A DNA stretch of 54,188 nt, taken from contig NC_135770.1 in NCBI RefSeq assembly GCF_052425735.1, positions 21,647,813 through 21,702,000 of the forward strand, given 5' to 3'. Shown here in pieces: positions 51,911 through 54,188 of the stretch. Below the pieces are notes generated by a model. The model was given only the letters and a program-made list of their open reading frames with translations. It was not told where the DNA came from and ran no database searches. The translations under genes were made by a program, and so were the position numbers. The stretch comes from Oculina patagonica (Eukaryota). Within the stretch, counting starts at the first letter, position 1. Each line of letters begins with the position of its first letter.

Positions 51911-53396
51911 GGGGAGGGGTTGGTAAATTTAACTAAACGCCAGTAAATGCTATATTCTTTCTTGAGTACAAATACCGGTAATATTTCCCCTAAAGCTCGC
52001 GAGTACTGTATGTAAATTTTTATGTATCTAACGCCCCGATTGGTTTATAGTAAACGCGCACTGGTAATTCATTATTTTGTTTTGTTGCAGAGAAAATTAA
52101 ATCATGCACTTTTATTTAAGTCAAAGTCACTTTGCTGTATTACAAATAGGAGAAATCTAGCATAAAAGTGTTCCTTGCAGTCCTCAATCTACTAACCGTA
52201 ACTGGTACTTCTTAGTTTGTTAGCGCGGTTATAAATCAGTTTTTTTCTTGTATACATTCAATAACAAGTGTTAAACGGGTGAACTGTAGCCTGCATCAAG
52301 CTGTAATCCACCTATGAGGTAATTTGTTTTATGTTTTAAGACTCGTTTTTTTTATACAATATAACCTTCAGAATGCTTGCTTATCTAGGGCGTATGCATC
52401 TTCAAAGCGAAAATAAGCATAAAATTATTTCATTTTTTTTTTAGTTTTATACAGTAACATGTTTTTTATGATTTCGAAATAGCGTCTTTTGCCTAACGGA
52501 ATTAGTGCATTGTAAAACTAATCTTTGGTTATGTTCAAAGTAAAGAGTGCTTTGTTGGAGTTGTTCTGTCTGTCCTATTAGTGTCCGAAGATTTTATTTC
52601 CTGTAACAGATCCCGACCTTCCCGCAGCCAGCAAGTGTTTTCCCAGGTTTGCAGTGCCATCCTAATATTGACAAAATCCCAGCCTAAAAACTTAATAAAT
52701 TTAAAATATTTAGCAGCTCCTGATTTAAGGGTAAATTTTCTGATCCAAAAAAGGGAGGGGTGTTTGAGAAGGCGGAGAGGGGGCTTATTTGAATTCGAAA
52801 ATGAAAGGCATGCTACTCTCTACAAAGTAGTCTCCTTCACAGCCATTAGCCGTCACGCAACACTTTCCCCAGCCAAAGCGTTGCGTAACGACGCAATATG
52901 TATCAACACTGAGAAGTCCATCATAGCATCACCATCAAATTACTAAATTTGATGTGGGCAGCAAAAAAGCCGTGGACACCGCTAGAAAGACAACCATTCC
53001 TCGAATGAAATATCGCAAATTATTCAAATTATTTCTGGGCTGTACAACACGCTTGCCGAATCGAATGCATGGCTCTATATAGTTAAATTACGCTAGCTAG
53101 TTAGGAATTTTTTTTACATACCTAATGTCTGCATCACCAGCAAGACTTGCTGCTGTTGTTTCCCCCGGTTTACTGCGGTAAAGTAAAGGACATGTCCCCT
53201 TGTTTAACTCACAAAACCTCTCAAAATGTTCACTGTACGCCGATGGAAGCATGAGCACATTGGCGTGCAAGCGGCTTTCACATGAACGCGATGTGTTCAG
53301 GTGTTTTGCTGCCATAGCAGTGCTTGCGATCTTATTTGCTTTCGCTAAAGTAAAGCGCTGTATTACAGAATACAACACCACTTTGGTCAACCTCAT
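21843..53396 (-). CDS. DGLUCY: D-glutamate cyclase-like protein (DUF1445 + DUF4392 architecture), ~638 aa, paralog 1
   Basis: 5 phase-compatible GT-AG exons: 53396-53122, 51515-51049, 24478-23774, 22929-22637, 22019-21843 (1917 nt, TAA). Motifs: ANVLMLP..FERFCELNKGTCPLL, DADIRT, YKTNI..AGPFSCPLVVCMHP, HGAPIHIGDPSVIGIKDI..PEYGD, VPVFWA, ETDGPLGA, GIGDGGNEIGMGK, GVSNWG, DGIS....SVDG. The basic, acid-poor N-terminus resembles a mitochondrial presequence. The exon 2/3 junction reads LAIRSA-G-LPLAFT. Confidence 0.88.
22103..22326. mobile_element. MITE
   Basis: aaacctgggacaaacgaggatgagagttga / tcaactctcatcgttgttttgcccgggttt imperfect TIRs; internal gatgagagtt repeats. Confidence 0.7.
23059..23351. 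mobile_element. Palindromic MITE with TTAA ends (Kolobok/piggyBac-type target)
   Basis: ~70-bp TIRs ttaaagggacatggtcagcgttc... / ...gaacgctgaccatgtccctttaa and an inner 34-bp inverted pair agaaccttcagaaatctgcttcaatcttctcagtg. Confidence 0.85.
25644..25654 (+). promoter_or_regulatory. Canonical NF-kB site upstream of array copy 1
   Basis: GGGACTTTCCC; the IRF-like GAAAGTAAAACGAAA lies at 25578-25592. Confidence 0.6.
26025..26240. mobile_element. MITE-like inverted repeat upstream of copy 1
   Basis: aacccgaaacaacgaaacgaaaccaccgaaa / tttcggtggttccgtttcgttgtttcgggtt. Confidence 0.7.
26422..27891 (+). CDS. Array copy 1 (type A): single-ORF TPR-like protein with RHIM-like N-terminal motif, 489 aa
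   Basis: Uninterrupted ORF with 7 paralogs in the window; TPR-like WAELYYNYGSVW...ARYYYEQAI; motif LNILLTNCNLVTVG. Confidence 0.85.
   Translation: MYTMNDLPSQSREPELSNETVEVLPLEPKAEGRELCSDVNTLFTFSLDESTSVVAEAKIDTESNTLNILLTNCNLVTVGRSDTQQLKCNCHLQEENKCVSNSDNEVRSDSASKTADSANRSLGGRKPTEYQLQHFNEAAEDCKPVDSDEIVGSVEPLLPLIKKQGYLNGSQCERIMEQLEILQDNGKFGEHEGLVTSYLCRCGEEKNSDLELALRIERGVAFSYHKEFKNSKRMFTSVIKSDKELRNPNILIARAYFLLVADYRSKKVIKLSPLFEFLRRSEFLLQNHDSPEDWAELYYNYGSVWLVYMSMIPDDERNAQARNTARGNARYYYEQAISFCKKDPRLRVQIKKQTYIHLKLAALLLDCSSKAARTRQKVIPPTDIKEAKEHLDFVQYKLGVCLPLGTRVQLLKTRSDQFYRQEIFQLAKETAEDALQIALSNEFYTEIDTLRERIDFLDKLCEEGIKVIAIKEISSSSSEICCSESAESE
28732..28825 (+). promoter_or_regulatory. Conserved promoter module (ETS-like + IRF-like + kB) upstream of copy 2
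   Basis: CGGAAGTG, AGTGAAACTGA, GGGACTTTCCC (28791-28801); homologous modules at 31685-31770, 36809-36894 and 39366-39460. Confidence 0.6.
29280..30716 (+). CDS. Array copy 2 (type A), ~478 aa
   Basis: ATG at 29280 aligns with the second ATG of copy 1; close paralog of copy 1. Confidence 0.85.
   Translation: MTNLPPQSGEQYSSNETVEVLPREPIKAEGQESRSHVNTLFTFLLDGPASVTAEAKLDTESNTLNILVTNCNLVTVGQSNPQQLKYNCCLQEEHKCVSNIDNEVRSDSAPKTADSADRSLGGRLNQAAQDCKPVDSDEIVVSVEPLLPLIKKQGYLNGLQCERIMEQLEILQDNGKFAEHEGLVKSYLHRCGEEKNSDLEMALKIERGVAFSYHKEFKNSKRMFTSVIKSDKELRNPNILVARAYFLLVADYRNKKVVKLSPLFEFLRRSEFFLQNHESPEDWAELYYNYGSVWRVYMSMIPDDERNAQARNTARGNARYYYEQAISFCKKDPRLRVQIKKQTYIHLKLAALLLDCSSTAARTRQKLITPVDIKEAKDHLDFVQYKLGVCLPLGTRVQLLKTRSDQFYRQQIYQLAKETAEEALQIALSNEFYTDIDPLRERIDFLDKLCEERIRVIAIKEISSSSSEICCSESAESE
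32139..33563 (+). CDS. Array copy 3 (type B), 474 aa as assembled; true start probably near 32069
   Basis: Long ORF; the N-terminal half matches copy 5 while the C-terminus and 3' flank match copy 6; the upstream ATG region is disrupted by several 1-nt deletions. Confidence 0.82.
   Translation: MPEGQPGGFNGVLFKLSPDESNSIIAEANLDAQTKTLNIILREWNAVLVGNSKAGQVENNCHLDNKQSPQQKLQKRSFEDDLQADSGTKEQYCSEQQKTIIKEDEYQLQPFNEANTLCKQAPPLEVVVDVEPQLPLIKIQGYLNGPQCEEIMEQLQGLQDDGEFEKHECLVTSYLDTFAFKNNTDMALALKIELGVACSYHKDFKHSKRLFTSVINYDRISQLRNANILLARAYYRLVQDFRYRKNRKLSSLFHCMEKSEFLLQNHDSPEDWAEVYYNYGSLWLAYMSIIPDDERNAQARDDARRKAKNYFEMSIESCKKDPRLRVQIKKQIYGHLRVAAVLLDCTSTVARIRRKVISQQDIEDARKHLNILEHQLSSNIPRGTRVQILKMRSDQYYRQGPAMYQLAKETAQEAFRIALCHGFNTELESLQERIDFLDQLCEEAVCKERITVLVDSDSETSGNDASCETSGSEN
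33634..33833. mobile_element. Tc1/mariner-type MITE with TA target duplication
   Basis: TA|cagttgaacctcgctaattcgaa ... ttcgaaatagcggggttcaactg|TA; the paralogous flank at ~41333 has an empty site with a single TA. Confidence 0.9.
34561..34693 (+). mobile_element. Left end of a TIR element, truncated at the duplication junction
   Basis: Matches 43062-43190 (tatgtatcagtcaattccaagcgagatca...atttgaccgaat), then switches abruptly to copy-2-like coding sequence. Confidence 0.8.
34692..35840 (+). CDS. Array copy 4 (type A), 5'-truncated, 382 aa; lacks the RHIM-like motif and the native promoter, possibly a pseudogene
   Basis: Near-identical to copy 2 from IDNEVRSD onward; its ATG is created at the junction. 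Confidence 0.65.
   Translation: MTDIDNEVRSDSAPKTADSADRSLGGRLNQAAQDCKPVDSDEIVVSVEPLLPLIKKQGYLNGLQCERIMEQLEILQDNGKFAEHEGLVRSYLHRCGEEKNFDLEMALKIERGVAFSYHKEFKNSKRMFTSVIKSDKELRNPNILVARAYFLLVADYRNKKVVKLSPLFEFLRRSEFFLQNHESPEDWAELYYNYGSVWRVYMSVIPDDERNAQARNTARGNARYYYEQAISFCKKDPRLRVQIKKQTYIHLKLAALLLDCSSTAARTRQKLITPVDIKEAKEHLDFVQYKLGVCLPLGTRVQLLKTRSDQFYRQQIYQLAKETAEEALQIALSNEFYTDIDPLRERIDFLDKLCEKRIKVIAIKEISSSSSEICCSESAESE
37202..38704 (+). CDS. Array copy 5 (type B), 500 aa
   Basis: Uninterrupted ORF; LNIILREWNAVLVGNS, DLQADSG, WAEVYYNYGSLW. Confidence 0.85.
   Translation: MAKLPRPSETKISSVRGTEVSLKQPMPEGQPCGFNGVLFKLSPDESNSIIAEANLDAQTKTLNIILREWNAVLVGNSKAEQVKNNCHLDNKQSPQQKLQKRSFEDDLQADSGPKEQYCIEQQKTIIKEDEYQLQPLNEANTLCKQAPPSEVVVDVEPQLPLIKIQGYLNGPECEHIMEQLQSLLDDGEFEKHECLVTSYLNTFVFKNNTDMALALKIERGVACSYHKDFKHSKRLFTSVINYDSISQLRNANILLARAYYRLVQDFRYRKNRKLSALFHCMEKSEFLLQNHDSPEDWAEVYYNYGSLWLAYMSIIPDDERNAQARDDARRKARYYFEMTIESCKKDPRLRVQIKLQTFGHLRVAAVLLDCTSTVARIRRKLIPQQDIEDARRHLDILEHHLSSNIPRGTRVQILKARSDQYYRQGPGMYQLAKETAQEALRIARCRGFNTELESLQERIDFLDQLCEEAVCKERITLLVDSETSGNDASCETSGSETEKK
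38848..39225 (+). repeat. ~105-bp tandem repeat (3-4 units), each unit with a kB or kB-like site
   Basis: Unit attcataattaattcaggg(a)ctttc..ttttacccaagtcagtcac.gctggctattttgttga...; sites at 38863, 38951, 39056 and 39161. Confidence 0.85.
39786..41264 (+). CDS. Array copy 6 (type B), 492 aa
   Basis: Uninterrupted ORF; LNIIFKKWNTVLVGNSN, EIQSDSG. Confidence 0.85.
   Translation: MENLPRQSETKISYDRETEAPLNQSQPEGQQTCSGLVFKFSPDDSASIIAEANLDAQTSTLNIIFKKWNTVLVGNSNAGQVDCNCHFDNKQSPQQKRSFDKEIQSDSGPKEEYCEQQKTITKDEEYQLQPFLNEANRLCKEAPPDEIVVDVEPQLPLIKIQGYLNGSHCEQIAEQLEGLQDDGQFDKHDRLVTSYLNHSSCKDMELSLKIERGVAFSYQKKFKQSKRVFTSVKNFDTISQVRNANILLARAYYRLVQDFRYRKNKKLSALFYCMEKSEFLLQNHDSPEDWAEVYYNYGSLWLAYMSIIPDDERNAQARDDARRKARYYFEMSIESCKKDPRLRVQIKKQIYGHLRVAAVLLDCTSTVARIRRKVIPQQDIEDARKHLNILEHRLSSNIPRGTHVQILKTRSDQYYRQGPGMYQLAKETAQEALRIARCHGFNTELESLQERIDFLDQLCEEAVCKERITVLVDGDAETSGNDASCETSGSEN
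41627..42477. mobile_element. Non-autonomous TIR element
   Basis: cacccctcagtaacagatccagtggaa / ttccgctgggtctgttacaaaggggtg; absent from the paralogous flank at ~33980. Confidence 0.75.
43062..43855. mobile_element. TIR element containing a nested MITE
   Basis: atgtatcagtcaattccaagcgagatcatccccccc / gggggggatgatctcgcttggaattgactgacacat. Confidence 0.8.
43294..43559. mobile_element. Tc1/pogo-type MITE with TA ends, nested in the element above
   Basis: taccgtattttctcgattaaacgcc / ggcgtttaatcgagaaaatacggta. Confidence 0.85.
44416..45780 (+). CDS. Array copy 7 (divergent type B), 454 aa; a premature stop removes the acidic tail
   Basis: TAG at 45778-45780 where paralogs have CAG; the homologous tail LCEEEVCKERITLLVESDTETGNNASCETSGSETEK continues in frame downstream. 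Confidence 0.78.
   Translation: MEVSSDRGTEVTLEQPKTEGQQSSSDLNTALFTFPLNDSSSIIAEANLDAQTKTLNVTLRNWNAVLVGHSNNELDCIPHLHLDHKQNAPHKCFNETLQADSGPKKEFCNEQQKTIIKDEQEYQLQPFSGANRLYKQALSGEIVVDVEPQLPLIKIQGYLNGSQCEEIMEQLERLQDDGQFEKHDHLVASYLNRFACRNNTDMALALKIERGVAFSYQKEHKQSKRLLTSVIKSDTISKLRNPNILLARAYCRLVQDYRYRKSTKLSALFHWVRKSELLLQNHESPADWSEVYYNYGSLWLAYMRKIPDDERNSQARDDALRKARYYFEMTIESGKKDPRLRVQINKQIYGHLRVAAVLLDCTSTVARIRRKVLPQQDIEDARKHLDILEHQLSSNIPRGTRVQILKARSDQYYRQGPGMYQLAKETAQEALRIARCYGFNTELDSLQERIDFLD
46450..46635 (+). repeat. Two units of the ~107-bp kB-containing repeat
   Basis: GGGACTTTCCC at 46458 and 46565; same unit as 38848-39225. Confidence 0.8.
48120..48410 (+). mobile_element. tRNA-derived SINE with a CORE-like domain, near full length
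   Basis: A-box TGGCCTAATGG, B-box GAGTTCGAGCC, then TGTGTTCTTGGGCAAGACACTTTAACTCTC...TGCCTC...TGTATAAATGGG, resembling the MIR/CORE segment. Confidence 0.85.
48887..50615 (+). pseudogene. Array copy 8 (most divergent), disrupted
   Basis: Homology from SSNKIEVFPRQLK to DASSETSCS*; in-frame stops at 49346-49348, 50024-50026 (TAG for conserved TGG) and 50522-50524, plus frameshifts near both ends. Confidence 0.85.
51872..51909. repeat. Poly(T) tract
   Basis: ~38 consecutive T. Confidence 0.8.
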
Positions 53397-53560
53397 TTAG
53401 GACGCGAGTTGTTGTACGGACGGTGCATTTTATATTTATATTCTGTGTGGTCAGTGTTGGTTTGCGTGACAAACAACAGCAAAGTCACGTGAAGTCACGT
53501 GGAATGACAGTGTTTTGGTCACATGTCTGGCATACGTTGGCATGCGCACGTCACTGAATT
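53397..53560. promoter_or_regulatory. Compact bidirectional promoter with tandem E-boxes
   Basis: AAGTCACGTG AAGTCACGTG at 53482-53501, between the divergent DGLUCY-like start codons. Confidence 0.6.
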
Positions 53561-53648
53561 TGGTCACGAAAATATTGCTTCGTCTTTGCAGTCAGAGTTG
53601 AACCTGTTGCCAGTAATTTTCTGTTACAAGTTTTTTCCAACAAAGAGT

Positions 53649-53914
53649 ATGTCTTCGAAACGAAGTGAGCCCGTTGGTAAATGGACGCCATCAGAGGCAA
53701 GGTACGAATTTCGAACTAACCCAGATTTGGAGGGGTCATCGACTTCTGGATACTGTATGGGATATCTTCAAGCTAATTTAGCGATTCTTCCCTCTTCTCT
53801 GGCGGATGAATTTGAGCAGTTCTGCGAGTTAAACAAAGCTCCATGTCCGTTGCTCTACAGAAGCAAATGTGGTGAACTATCAGCTGGAATTCTGGCCCAG
53901 GAGTCTGATGTAAG
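53649..53914 (+). CDS. DGLUCY: D-glutamate cyclase-like paralog 2, first coding exon; gene runs off the right edge
   Basis: TPSEARYEFR...TSGYCMGYLQANLAILPSSLADEFEQFCELNKAPCPLL...SDVR with a phase-2 donor AG|GTACAT at the same position as in paralog 1; an alternative in-frame ATG is at 53523. Confidence 0.88.
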
Positions 53915-54188
53915 GTACATGTATGATGAATGATAACAAGAAAAATCCACGACTGCGTCCCCCCCCCCCCCCCGGCCAGGAAAAAGAAATTAATAATGGT
54001 AATAGGACTGAGTGGATCGATTCGGTCTGTAATCATATGAGTGACTAACAAAATCGGACAACTGCTAAGCGGAAGTCCGATTTTTTAATCACGAGAATTG
54101 GACGAAGCGAAGTCCTCTTATATTAATCAAACTATGACAGAACTCGAGAAACAAACAAACTTTACCGGTAAAATGGATTAAAGTCTTT

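Overview
AT-rich, intron-containing animal genomic DNA; the gene set and repeat landscape look most like an anthozoan (stony coral), which is an inference. Left to right: (1) the 5' part of a minus-strand secreted FG-GAP/CRTAC1(ASPIC-UnbV)-like gene; (2) divergent from it, a 13-coding-exon, ~663-aa animal haem peroxidase with a signal peptide and a C-terminal TM helix; (3) a minus-strand D-glutamate cyclase (DGLUCY)-like gene of 5 exons (~638 aa) with a 26.6-kb intron (24479-51048); (4) the first exon of a second DGLUCY paralog arranged head-to-head with the first. The highlight is nested on the opposite strand inside the large intron: a tandem array of 8 genes/pseudogenes with uninterrupted ORFs, from a family I cannot name. 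Their architecture is [RHIM-like motif]-[linker with a caspase-type (L/I/V)x(A/S)D|S site]-[TPR-like helical domain]-[acidic Ser-rich tail]. The spacers carry 8 perfect NF-kB sites (GGGACTTTCC) plus variants and an ETS/IRF-like promoter module. The array shows unequal crossover, mosaicism, MITE insertions and pseudogenisation. Together this suggests an NF-kB-inducible innate-immune/cell-death gene family under birth-and-death evolution. All calls were made by eye, without database searches.
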